A stretch of 64,000 bases of DNA from Podarcis vaucheri (taxonomy: Eukaryota). The stretch's first letter is position 1; each line of letters begins with the position of its first letter. The translations under genes and the position numbers were made by a program. Location: NCBI GenBank assembly GCA_965113315.1, contig OZ220364.1; one strand, given 5' to 3'. The notes beneath the pieces are model-generated. The model made no database searches and had not been told where the DNA came from. It saw only the letters and a program-made list of their open reading frames with translations. Shown in pieces: positions 1 through 9,876 of this stretch.

Positions 1-412
1 GGCGTCTTGGGGGGCGTGGCCAGGGCCAACTTAAACCATTGTGTGATGCTGAATCGCCCCTTTTCAGCCTCACGCAGGCATTGGAATAGCAATGGGGGGG
101 GAGGTGCAGCCATCACCTGCCCCTCCGTCCTCAAGGGTATTAAAGGAATCCTGGAGTGTGGATCTCGTCCAAAGCCTGGGGAGGGGCTAGGGCCATGCCA
201 CGACCCCATCGGGAACCTGGGGGATGCTCAAATCAATCCACATTGGCGGGGCTCCCCCTACTGGTGATTTACCCTTACCAGACTCCCTGCAAGGCAGGCA
301 GGAGTCAGATATAGTCTGCTGAAGCCAAGGCCTAAATTTTGCCCATTAACATTAACCTAAAATTCTGTGTCCTTGTGTCTTTATTCTCATGGGGGTGCCT
401 TGGGGCTTTGAC
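1..412 (+). mobile_element. Possible 3' part of a solo LTR (truncated by window start)
   Basis: GC-rich block with TATA-like TATTAAA (~139), a GT-rich TGTGTCTTTATT segment and a ...TTTGACA end, then an abrupt switch to AT-rich DNA. No second copy or TSD is visible. Confidence 0.3.
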
Positions 413-1363
413 ACACAACTATCTTCTGCAGGTTCAGAGGAGGGGAGGTGGGCAAAAAGCAGCATTTTGATTCATATAAACCAATATATTAACAGTACAG
501 TGCATATTCTACCAGCACCAAATATTGTATTTTATTTATATATTCAATTTCCTTTTGCAGCCATTTTAAGAGTGACCCTAAAATGTATTCTGATCATATT
601 TATCAAATTTGTTCATGACTTTTGTTTTCTTGTAATCAAACAAGGACATTTCTCTAACAAATTCCCCACAAAACATTTTGTATTGCACAGGGTTTTGCTG
701 CCCTCTCGTGTTGGGAATTAGTTTGGAGATGTTTCATGCTAGAAATGCATTCCAGTAGAGAATTAGGGCTTCTCTGCAAATACATCTTAAAGCCACCCAC
801 TCCCATTGCACTTTTTTTCCAAAGTTCTACTGCGTTTTTTGCAAATATGTGGTGCCAGTGTCCCGTCACTTTGGGAGAAACAAATTTTGAGGACTCAGAA
901 AATTGTGGCTGCATCTAGAAAGGGAATAGACAGCTAACTGGCTACTTGCCACTCTTTATTCTCCTCCCCCCATACAACTGTCATAGTGGATTCTGCTTTC
1001 TGAGAATCAGAAGGAAGAAATCGGGGAATATAACTCTTAATGAAGAGGAGTGAAACTAAGCAAAGTCATGTAGAGTGCACTTCATTTAGCAGCTGATATT
1101 AGTGGGCAGTGGAAGGGGGAACTTCAGATTTACATGCACACAGAGTTGCTGCCTCTATTGTCTTGCACTGCAACATGGATCATGTAGTTTTCAAACTGCT
1201 GCCCTATTCATGCATTACTCACAGGCGTGCTGCTGATCCACTCCCAAATTTGTGCACCTGAGCTAGCCATGCTTCCCAATAGCCACATGGATCTTTTCAA
1301 AGAAGCTATAAAAAAACCATTATACTGTATAGCTCTCAAAGCAATTTTCAATTGACTGCTGTA

Positions 1364-1381
1364 CACTGCCACCTGCTGTCA
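1364..1381 (-). promoter_or_regulatory. Candidate CTCF site
   Basis: Minus strand reads GACAGCAGGTGGCAGTG, close to the CTCF core CC(A/G)SYAG(A/G)KGGC(A/G)S. Motif match only. Confidence 0.35.
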
Positions 1382-1435
1382 CATTTTTATAACAGGTTTA
1401 TAATGTTATAACTCACCAGTATAGATTAGTCTATA

Positions 1436-1567
1436 CTGCCAACCTAGCAGTTTGAAAGCACATCAAAGTGCAAGTAGATAAATAGGTACCACTCCAGTGG
1501 GAAGGTAAACAGTGTTTCCGTGCACTGCTCTGGTTCGCCAGAAGCGACTTAGTCATGCTGGCCACAT
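1436..1567 (+). mobile_element. Sauria (Squam1) SINE internal fragment, fused to BovB
   Basis: CTGCCAACCTAGCAGTTTGAAAGCAC...GTGCAAGTAGATAAATAGGTACC...GTCATGCTGGCCACATG matches the full copies at 10738 and 44409. Confidence 0.9.
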
Positions 1568-1992
1568 GGTTTTCCCAGTAGTGATGTGTGGTAGTGAAAG
1601 CTGGTCCATAAAGAAGGCTGATCGCCGAAGAATTGATGCTTTTGAATTATGGTGCTGGAGGAGACTCTTGAGAGTCCCATGGACTGCAAGAAGATCAAAC
1701 CTATCCATTCTGAAGGAAATCAGCCCTGAGTGCTCACTGGAAGGACAGATCCTGAAGCTGAGGCTTCAATACTTTGGCCACCTCATGAGAAGAGAAGACT
1801 CCCTGGAAAAGACCCTGATGCTGGGAAAGATGGAGGGCACAAGAAGAAGGGGACGACAGAGGACGAGATGGTTGGATAGTATTCTTGAAGCTACAAATAT
1901 GAGTCTGACCAAACTGCGGGAGGTAGTGGAAGACAGGAGTGCTCTGGTCCAGGGGGTCACGAAGAGGCGGACACCACTAAACAACAGCAGCA
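1566..1992 (+). mobile_element. RTE-BovB LINE 3' fragment
   Basis: ORF 1512-2000 encodes ESWSIKKADRRRIDAFELWCWRRLLRVPWTARRSN...GRQRTRWLD, the BovB C-terminus, and ends in an AAC-type tail. Confidence 0.95.
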
Positions 1993-2094
1993 ATATGTAG
2001 ACCTCCATAAGTAAGCAGTTGCTCACACACAGAAAATCCTTGGAAGTCATTCAGCATGAAGTCACTGGAAGGCAAGGCTAGCTTGGGGTGTGAT

Positions 2095-3423
2095 TGTTGG
2101 GAAAAAGCACCAAGGCAAAAGCCAGCTCCATATGGCTGGAATGCAAAACAGGAAGTTGTGTTTTGCACTGTACTGTTGGAGAAAAGGTGGAGCCTATTCT
2201 CTGTACTGAGCACCGGATGTTAGCTCAGAGTGTCATGTGACCTGTGCTGGAAGTACAGGGGAGGAGTTGAGTCTCTTCTGATGGAGTCTGAAGGGAACAG
2301 TCACATTTCTATGTACTGATGAGTGACAGGAATAAACATGTAAAAAGGACTCCTGTCTGTCTCATTTCCCTCCCTGGGAGGGAGACAAGAAGCAGAGAAG
2401 CAGAGGGTGTGTTCTATCTCACGTCTAATGAGAAGAATCGCCGGGTTTGTTTACCTAGCCTGCCGGGGTCACAGACGGAAGGTAAACACAGTATCTCGCT
2501 CAATTGCCTCGGGGGAGGCCAGGTACCTCTGCCTGTGAGCCAAGATACTAACATATGGTAGCAGAGGATGGTTTCGATTCATCGGACATCTGCATGAGAG
2601 GCTGGTGGAATGTCCTCCTCTGCTCCAAGGGAGAAAGCAAGCGTCTGAGAGAAGCCAGAGGCTCAACAGACGGCTGGTGGAAAGAGGAAAGTGTTTTCCA
2701 AGCAACGGAGTTCAAGGTATGCTGCATTTCGGGCTAAAAGTGTGAACGCAGGTTGATTAATTCCCTGGTTCATAGGAGCTGCGTTTTGGAAAAACAAAAG
2801 CTCCGGAAGGAAAGGCCTGCAGCTCAGAGGCTGAAGCCTGCATTCCACAAATTCCTGTGGTTTAGATAAGAAGTCCTGAATGCACTCTTGAGTGGAAAGT
2901 TACTGGCAAAGGGGCTGGACTGTGAGTGTGAGGCTGGGAAAGCGAAACTAAGCCATGGAATGTTTTGGCTAGAAGTTTATGTGCTCTTGGAGGGACTTCC
3001 CATAGCAGCCAGAGTTTAGCTGCCAGGTGCAAAAAAGAGCGTAAACAACTTGCAGTTTGCCTGCCTGAGAAAGGAAAAAAAACAACTGTTGGATTTTACA
3101 GTTTGTTTGAGACTGTTTGTTCTCTTCTCTGGATCATGTTTTGCCAATTGATGCTTTTGGGGGAGGATGTTGGGAAAAAGCACCAAGCTAAAAGCCAGCT
3201 CCATATGGCTGGAATGCAAAACAGGAAGTTGTGTTTTGCACTGTACTGTTGGAGAAAAGGTGGAGCCTATTCTCTGTACTGAGCACCGGATGTTAGCTCA
3301 GAGTGTCATGTGACCTGTGCTGGAAATACAGGGGAGGAGTTGAGTCTCTTCTGATGGAGTCTGAAGGGAACAGTCACATTTCTATGTACTGATGAGTGAC
3401 AGGAATAAACATGTAAAAAGGAC
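2095..3423 (+). mobile_element. Non-autonomous LTR retroelement (TRIM-like): 5' LTR 2095-2553, PBS 2556-2578, PPT 3159-3167, truncated 3' LTR 3168-3423
   Basis: 5' LTR runs TGTTGG...CTAACA. A 2-nt spacer is followed by TGGTAGCAGAGGATGGTTTCGAT, the complement of the tRNAi-Met 3' end. The purine tract GGGGGAGGA lies directly before the second TGTTGG. 2095-2350 and 3168-3423 differ at 3 of 256 positions, and there is no gag/pol ORF inside. Confidence 0.9.
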
Positions 3424-4149
3424 AACAGAACTACCCCACATCAATACCCTGTGTGTAAATAATGTGTGGATAGGACAGTCATTCAGACACATGCATGATT
3501 TGGCGGCAAAAATGAACATTTTGTCCTATGACATGAGATCATTCTGTGGGGAATAGAGATGATTTCATGTGAATGGAAGAAAACTGCAAGATACAGATGG
3601 CACGGCACAGATGTCAGCAGAACACAAATTATTTTGCATGAAAATCTTAAACTTTTGGTATTCTAAGAATTATGCTGCAAATCTATCAGGTGAATGTGTT
3701 ATGGTGGGAGGGTTTCTTCACTTTATTTTACTTCTATTGAAAGACAGAAAGGATGGGAGATGGTTCAGTTGCTAAATTTTATTAGGCCAGATGGGGCACT
3801 ATTTCTTCATAGCTAAAGATTTGTCAAATCCCTATTTATATTTTATACATAAAATATAAAACATTTGCAATATGGGAATCCACAACTGTTTGCTAGATTG
3901 CATTGCTTTAAACTATGTAATTTGAGTCCTCTCTCTCTCTATATATATATATATAGTCAGTACAACAGGGTGATATGTCTTTTGAAATTGATATTTCCCT
4001 CTAAGACAAGCATGTAGTCAGTGTTTATGTAGCACCACTGAATAAAAATATACTAACTAAATTTTTTTTCTTTCCCACCATCCCATTGCAAGAAGGGCTA
4101 TTTTTAGGCTTCTCAATCTTCAGGTGTGCAACGAACATTATTTCACTCA

Positions 4150-4393
4150 CATGCCAGTACAAGTAGATAAATAGGTACCGCTGCAGCGGAAAGTTAAATC
4201 GCATTTCTGTGCGCTCTGGTTTTCATCGTGGTGTTCCATTGCGCCAGAAGCGGTTTAGTCATGCTGGCCACATGATCCGGAAAACTCTCTGTGGACAAGC
4301 ACTGGCTCCCTTGGCCTGAAAGCAAGATGAGCACCACAACCCCATAGTTGCCTTTGACTGGACTTAACTGTCCAGGGGTTCTTTACCTTTACC
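4150..4393 (+). mobile_element. Sauria SINE, 5'-truncated
   Basis: AAGTAGATAAATAGGTACC core, CATGCTGGCCACATGA, ends TTTACCTTTTACC. Confidence 0.9.
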
Positions 4394-5428
4394 TATGTAA
4401 TAAATGCTCCAAGGTACCCAACAACCATGAAAGCCATAAGCAGGTAAGCACTTAAACTGCACAGTCTAATATGGCAATCTCTTCACTTGACACAACACAA
4501 TGCTACTAACATATCATCATTGTAATATGTCACTTGAAGCATTAACAATTCCACTTTAAAAAAGAGACCCTACGGCATCCATATACTTTGTCCCATTGTC
4601 TGCATATTGTTTTTCCCACACCCATTTAAAATATGTATTGCTGTGTCACGAAACTTTGAAAACCTTTTCCCGATGTGCTTTATCGACTCCTGTCCCTGAT
4701 TGTTACTCATTGTTAGCAGTCCTGTCATGGCTATTAAATGATTGGGCTGATCCTCTTGGCTTACATTAAGTTAGCACTTAAGATCAATGAAACGTCTTGA
4801 TAATTAATCACTTCAACAATGAGAACCACTGTCAAATTAAGCTTTAATCTCTTGCAGCTCGAGCCTCATAGTCCTCAGCACTCTTAGCTGCCACTCTTCA
4901 CACACAATTTCATTGTCTTCAAATTAAAATCTTTATCCTTTCCAGGCACAGTAAAGTTCAACTATCTTCAATCACTTCAATTTTCGTGATAAATTAGGCC
5001 GGAATCCTTGTTTTGAAAATGTCAGCCTATTCAAATATCCCTGTATTTTAAAATAAATAAATAATAAAAACTCCCCTCAAGGGTATATGTAAGCCAGTGG
5101 ACAAAGATTTTGAAAACCTGGGTTCAAGGCTTACCTCAGCTAAGCTTTTATTGTGCAGCCTTGAGGGAATTGCTATTTCACAGTCTTAGTCCCACATCTC
5201 TAAAATTGGAATTATTATCCTCACAAATAGGGTAAAACTCTTTGCATAATAATGCCACAATATTGAACATGTTGAGTTGGAATAGAAAGAACTTTATTTC
5301 AATTAAACCTTATTTCATGCTTGTACTATATAAAGTACAATACTACAATTTGTACATTAACAGTACAATCTTTACTATACAAAGTTATTTCAGCACTGTC
5401 TCTCTAATCCAATTATATCCTAGTCTTC

Positions 5429-6020
5429 CATAGGTGTCAAGTGTCCCTTATTTGAAGGGACAGTCCCTTATTCAAGCACCATGTCCCACTGCTGTCCCTT
5501 ACTGATGGATGTCCCTTAAATGTCCCTTAAATTTCAAAGGAAGCAGCTCCTCTCCCTCCCTCCCTGCCAGCCAGGGAGGAGGGAGGCTCCAACTGTGTTG
5601 CTTGGCTGTGTTGCTCACCCAATAAGAAGTCTAAGAACGACTGGGGGGTGGAGCTTGCATGCCTTGTGTGTGGCTAGTTAATGCAAGCTGAGTGGTTTTT
5701 TGAATGCTGGATGCCATTTTGTTGTACGTGCTGCTGCAAACTTTGCAGTGCAAAGCCAGGCCGGGGAGCCATCTTAAGTTGAGGCTGCATAGGCCTTGTG
5801 GTGCATGTGATTCAGATTCTATTCAGTTGAACCTCTGGTTACAAAGCTGGTTGGACAGTGTTCTCGAAGCTACCAGCATGAGTTTGACCAGACTGCAGGA
5901 GGACAGGAAGACTAGAGTGCCTGGAACAGGTGAGGCTGCAGGTCCCTTATTTTGGCTGCTGGTCCCTTATTTTCAAGACTGCTGTTCCCTTATTTTCAAA
6001 TCTGCAAGTTGACAGCTATG
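5429..6020. mobile_element. Non-autonomous DNA transposon (hAT-like), 12-bp TIR, 6-bp TSD
   Basis: Ends are CATAGGTGTCAA...TTGACAGCTATG (1 mismatch), flanked by GTCTTC at 5423-5428 and 6021-6026. Subterminal GTCCCTTA motifs are repeated at both ends. Confidence 0.85.
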
Positions 6021-6118
6021 GTCTTCTGTGTAACAATCATGTTCTGGGTGGCTTTAAACTTAAAGCAAGAACAGTAACACAACATTTTGAATTCACATAA
6101 TTCCTTTATTCACAACAA

Positions 6119-6235
6119 CTGCACTGCTTGCCCATTTATTTCTGGGACCAATTCAAGGTGCTCACATTGGTGTTTAAAACCCTAAGTGACTTAGGCCCCA
6201 AATATCTGAAGGAGCACCTCCTTGCCTTCAGGAGC
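6119..6235 (+). mobile_element. Old L2 LINE ORF2 fragment
   Basis: Degenerate LHWLP..FR.QFKVL..FK.L..LGP.YLKE-type sequence, homologous to 38345-38450. Confidence 0.6.
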
Positions 6236-6309
6236 ACTTTAATTTTGCTTTGGGTTTCAGGTGCATTCTGGGGAAGGGCATTTTGGCTGAAATTCTGAAG
6301 GGGAAGGGG

Positions 6310-6480
6310 AAAACTTTGGGATTTGGCTTTGGGGTGTGGCTTTTTACCTTGCCTTTTTCATGAGAAAAACTTTGGGATTTGGCTTTGGAGTGTGGCTTTT
6401 TACCTTGCCTTTTTCATGAGAAAAACTTTGGGATTTGGCTTTGGAGTGTGGCTTTTTACTGCTCCCCTTGCCTTTTTCAT
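6310..6480. repeat. 56-bp tandem repeat, ~3 copies
   Basis: AAAACTTTGGGATTTGGCTTTGG(G/A)GTGTGGCTTTTTACCTTGCCTTTTTCATGAGA recurs with period 56 (CTTTGGG at 6314, 6370, 6426). Confidence 0.95.
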
Positions 6481-6486
6481 TTCTTA

Positions 6487-7373
6487 CAGTGGTGCCTCGC
6501 AAGACGAAATAAATCCGTTCTGCGAGTTTCTTCGTCTTGCGGATTTTTTCGTCTTGCGAAGCACGGATGCACCCTGGTACTGTATTATAATGGGATAGCG
6601 GGCAAAGCACAAAGCAAGTCGCTCCCCAGCAGGAGGAGTTTCCCCAGCCTGGAGGGTCTGTTGCCGGGAAGAGGCAAAGACACCCCCTCCCACCTCCCCA
6701 CGAAAACAGCCCCCCTTCCTCTGTCACCAAGCCTTGCCGCGTCTTCGCTCGGCCAAACCGCGTCTCACATCAAAGCCCCAGCCCGCTCCTCTCCCTCTCT
6801 CTCCACGAGGTGCCTAAGGAAGTTCGAGCCCAGGAACCGAGGGCAGATGCATGAAGCGCCCGGCGCGGACTCTCCCTTGCTCCCCCCGTTACCTTGCGCC
6901 ACGCCGCCGGGCTCCCCACAGTCTCGGCAGCTGCTCCCAGTTTCTTCCCACCCCCGCAAAGGAGCCTTCACAGCGGCCCAAGCGCAGTGGATGCCTCCTC
7001 CTCCTTTGTCCCGCCTCCTCCTGCCTTCGCGCAGTTAGGGCAAAATGGAGCAGCCACGTGGGGAGGGGGGAGAGAGAGAGAGGCAAAGGCGGAGGCGGTG
7101 CAGAGACCCAGCCAGATCCGCTGGATCCCAGCCCACCTGCCTCCTCTGTGCCCTCTCCAGAAGAGGATCCCTCTGGAAAAGGTAGGTCGCTCTCTCGCTC
7201 GCTCCCTGCCAGCCCAGTTCCCGCTTCAAAAGGAAACAAACTCGCAAGACGTTTCGTCTTGTGAAGCAAGCCCATAGGGAAATTCGTCTTACGAAGCACC
7301 TCAAAAACCGCAAAACCCTTTTGTCTTGCGAGTTTTTCGTCTTCCGAGGCATTCGTCTTGCGGGGCACCACTG
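6487..7373. mobile_element. Tc1/mariner (Tigger/pogo-like) non-autonomous element with GC-rich cargo
   Basis: TIRs CAGTGGTGCCTCGCAAGACGAA / TTCGTCTTGCGGGGCACCACTG, TA on both sides, repeated CGTCTTGCG subterminal motifs. Same termini as the 265-bp copy at 47168. Confidence 0.92.
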
Positions 7374-7928
7374 TATTTTTGTATCTCTACTGCAGTATAG
7401 TGGCACTAGCAGCGCTCTAGTCACTGCTGCCACACTCGCGGTAGGAGTCAAAGTTCTGCTGCTGCCATCCTTCCACCAACTCAAACAGCTGTAGAGCAGC
7501 AGAAACAAGGGCTCTGGGCAGCATTTTGAGCAAGTGTCAAGACGCCTAAGCATCTTAAAAGCTTTTATTCCTTTCTGCCTTAACTGTTGGGTACTTGTGA
7601 GATAGGCAAAGGGAGTATAGCTTCTCTGGGAGACCAAATCACAGCAGAGAAGCTGGGGACCACACAATTGAGCTCTGTGGCCTCAGCAGGCTCCCCCCTC
7701 CTAGCTGATATCCACGGCAATGCAGCAGCAGAAAGAGTTTGCGTGCACCTCATTGAAATGGATTGGAAATATTCCTTTACGTACTTGAAGAAACTGAAGT
7801 GATACTAAACTTCCCCATGGGAGCATTGGGGGGAGATTATTTCACAGGGGAAGGATCCCATGCATTCTGAAAACTTGTGGGGGGCAAGGAAAGGGGGGAA
7901 GTGCAGGGGGAGGGGGTCAGTTCCGGTA

Positions 7929-8154
7929 CAGTGGTACCTCGGGTTACAGATGCTTCAGGTTACAGACTCCGCTAACCCAGAAATAGTACCTCGGGTTAAG
8001 AACTTTGCTTCAGGATGAGAACAGAAATTGTGTAGTGGCAGCGCAGCGGCAGCGGGAGACCCCGTTAGCTAAAGTGGTACCTCAGGTTAAGAACAGTTTC
8101 AGGTTAAGAATGGACCTCCGGAACAAATTAAGTACTTAACCCGAGGTACCACTG
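7929..8154. mobile_element. Tigger-like MITE (CAGTGGTACCTC family)
   Basis: TIR CAGTGGTACCTCGGGTTA, TA TSD. Near-identical copies at 14879, 25139, 28567 and 62802. Confidence 0.93.
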
Positions 8155-8861
8155 TACTTTTTCCAGGAACAAATGCTGCAGCTACCAGTCTGTTTTCCAC
8201 TGTGAGAGGGTGATTTAGATTACAAAAAGATGTAGAAGAGGACTAAACGGTTTCACTTTCCTTCCCAGTGACCCTGCCTCCATCCAGTTTGAGTCTTCCT
8301 GCTATCTCTTATACATTATATCAGAAAGTCCTGGATCGCCAGCATAATACCCTGAGACTGGAAAATTATGTATTGCCAAGCGAGTTCATGACTGAGATCA
8401 GATTAGAGGAAGCTCACAGTTCAGACCGCCGCATATCAGCTGTCCTGTGAATCTGAGTTTATCTGATATGGCTTTTCTCTATACATACCAAATTCAAAAT
8501 TGATTGATTCATGTGCAAAAGTGTGTGGTTTGTCTTCCATCTCGAGACTCAAGTGATTTGGAGGTCAAACTGCTATCTTCCTTTAAACAAATGAAGTTTA
8601 GTATGATAATGTAATTTATTTCTTTGTCCAATCCAGTTTGCCTCCTGGGCGTTGAATTCTTCACCCACACGTAGCACCATTCTTATTCAACTTCTGCCAC
8701 TTTTATTTAAATCAGCTAAATGGAAGAAACACAAAAGAAGTTAATGGTGTCTGTTAACTCAATGAATTCAACACCAGCTCCCTTGAAGGAATTCTGGATA
8801 GACAGAGTGGAATGGAATTGTAGGGGGAACCTACAAATGTGGGGAAACCTACAAGCTAGTA

Positions 8862-9118
8862 GAGAGCCAGTGTGGTGTAGTGGTTAAGAGCGGTAGTCAC
8901 GTAATCTGGGAAACCGGGTTCGCGTCTCCGCTCCTCCACATGCAGCTGCTGGGTGACCTTGGGCCAGTCACACTTCTTTGAAGTCTCTCAGCCCCACTCA
9001 CCTCACAGAGTGTTTGTTGTGGGGGAGGAAGGGAAAGGAGAATGTTAGCCGCTTTGAGACTCCTGAAGGGGAGTGAAAGGCGGGATATCAAATCCAAACT
9101 CTTCTTCTCTTCTTCTTC
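8862..9118 (+). mobile_element. Squam3-like (MIR/Ther1-derived CORE) tRNA SINE, full length
   Basis: Box A TGGTGTAGTGG, box B GGTTCGCGTC, CORE-like GGTGACCTTGGGCCAGTCAC, (CTT)n tail. Confidence 0.85.
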
Positions 9119-9154
9119 TACATTCTGACCTCAATTTCCTACAACATGGGGATT

Positions 9155-9635
9155 GGGGAAGGGTGCAGGGGTGGAACATCTGCTTGGCAAACAGAAGGAC
9201 CCAAGTTCAATCCCTGGTATCTCTAGATACTGCTGTAAGAAATTACTGCCTGAAACCTGGAGAGCCACTGCCAGTCAGGGTAGACAAGTATTGGTGGCAC
9301 TGTGGTCTAAACCACTGAGCCTCTTGGGCTTGCCAATCAGAAGGTCAGTGGTTTGAATTCCCGCAACGGGGTGAGCTCCTATTGCTTTGTCCCAGCTCCT
9401 GCCAACCTACCAGTTCAAAAGCACGCCAGTGCAAGTAGATAAATAGGTACTGCTGCAGCGGGAAGGTAAACGGTGTTTCCGTGTGCTCTCTGGAAAGCTG
9501 CCTGTGGACAAACGCCAGCTCCCTTAGCCTGAAAACGAGATGAGTGCCACAACCCCATGGTTGCCTTTGACTGGACTTAACTGTCCTGGAGTCCTTTACC
9601 TTTGACCATTTTTTTAAATAAGGCAGCTTCCTATG
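9155..9635 (+). mobile_element. Squam2-like tRNA SINE interrupted by a Sauria SINE (9292-9608)
   Basis: 9155-9290 reads ...CCTGAAACCTGGAGAGCCACTGCCAGTCAG..TAGACAA, a Sauria copy follows, and the Squam2 3' end AAGGCAGCTTCCTATG resumes at ~9620. Confidence 0.75.
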
Positions 9636-9786
9636 ATCGTAATATATTAAACATTTCTCAGATTCCTGTAGTGAGCATGGTTATTTTCAAATACCAATTT
9701 CACCATGTTTTTATTTTCAAAATTGCTGTTTAACAAGCCATCTAATGATCATCCTGAAACATATGAGGAGTGGTGTGCTGACACAA

Positions 9787-9876
9787 AATGCCCTCGTGTG
9801 GAGCAAATAGCTTCTGTTTCATGAGGACACGTTCTATAGGCAAGCACTAATGAAACAGAACAGCAGAGGGCACTGT
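9787..9876. promoter_or_regulatory. Two candidate CTCF-like motifs
   Basis: ACAGCAGAGGGCACTG (+, ~9860-9875) and CCACACGAGGGCA (-, ~9789-9801). Motif match only. Confidence 0.25.

Noticed and set aside
654-914. 86-aa minus-strand ORF beginning at a splice-acceptor-like site
   Set aside because: No recognisable protein in any frame and no supported upstream coding exons. Kept only as a weak transcript hint.
1512-2000. 162-aa ORF as a host gene
   Set aside because: It is a BovB C-terminal fragment with a SINE-derived start, lacking the EN and RT core.
2314-2365. CTGATGAG in both LTRs suggested a hammerhead-bearing retrozyme
   Set aside because: The following stem is not closed by GAAA and no stems I/III are evident. 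It is better explained as the poly(A) hairpin.
6310-6480. Regularly spaced repeats resembling a CRISPR array
   Set aside because: Head-to-tail tandem units with no unique spacers, no cas genes, and a vertebrate context.
6379-7667. Long overlapping ORFs (219, 210, 160 aa)
   Set aside because: They cross tandem-repeat and transposon boundaries and reflect stop-poor GC-rich cargo. No recognisable domain.
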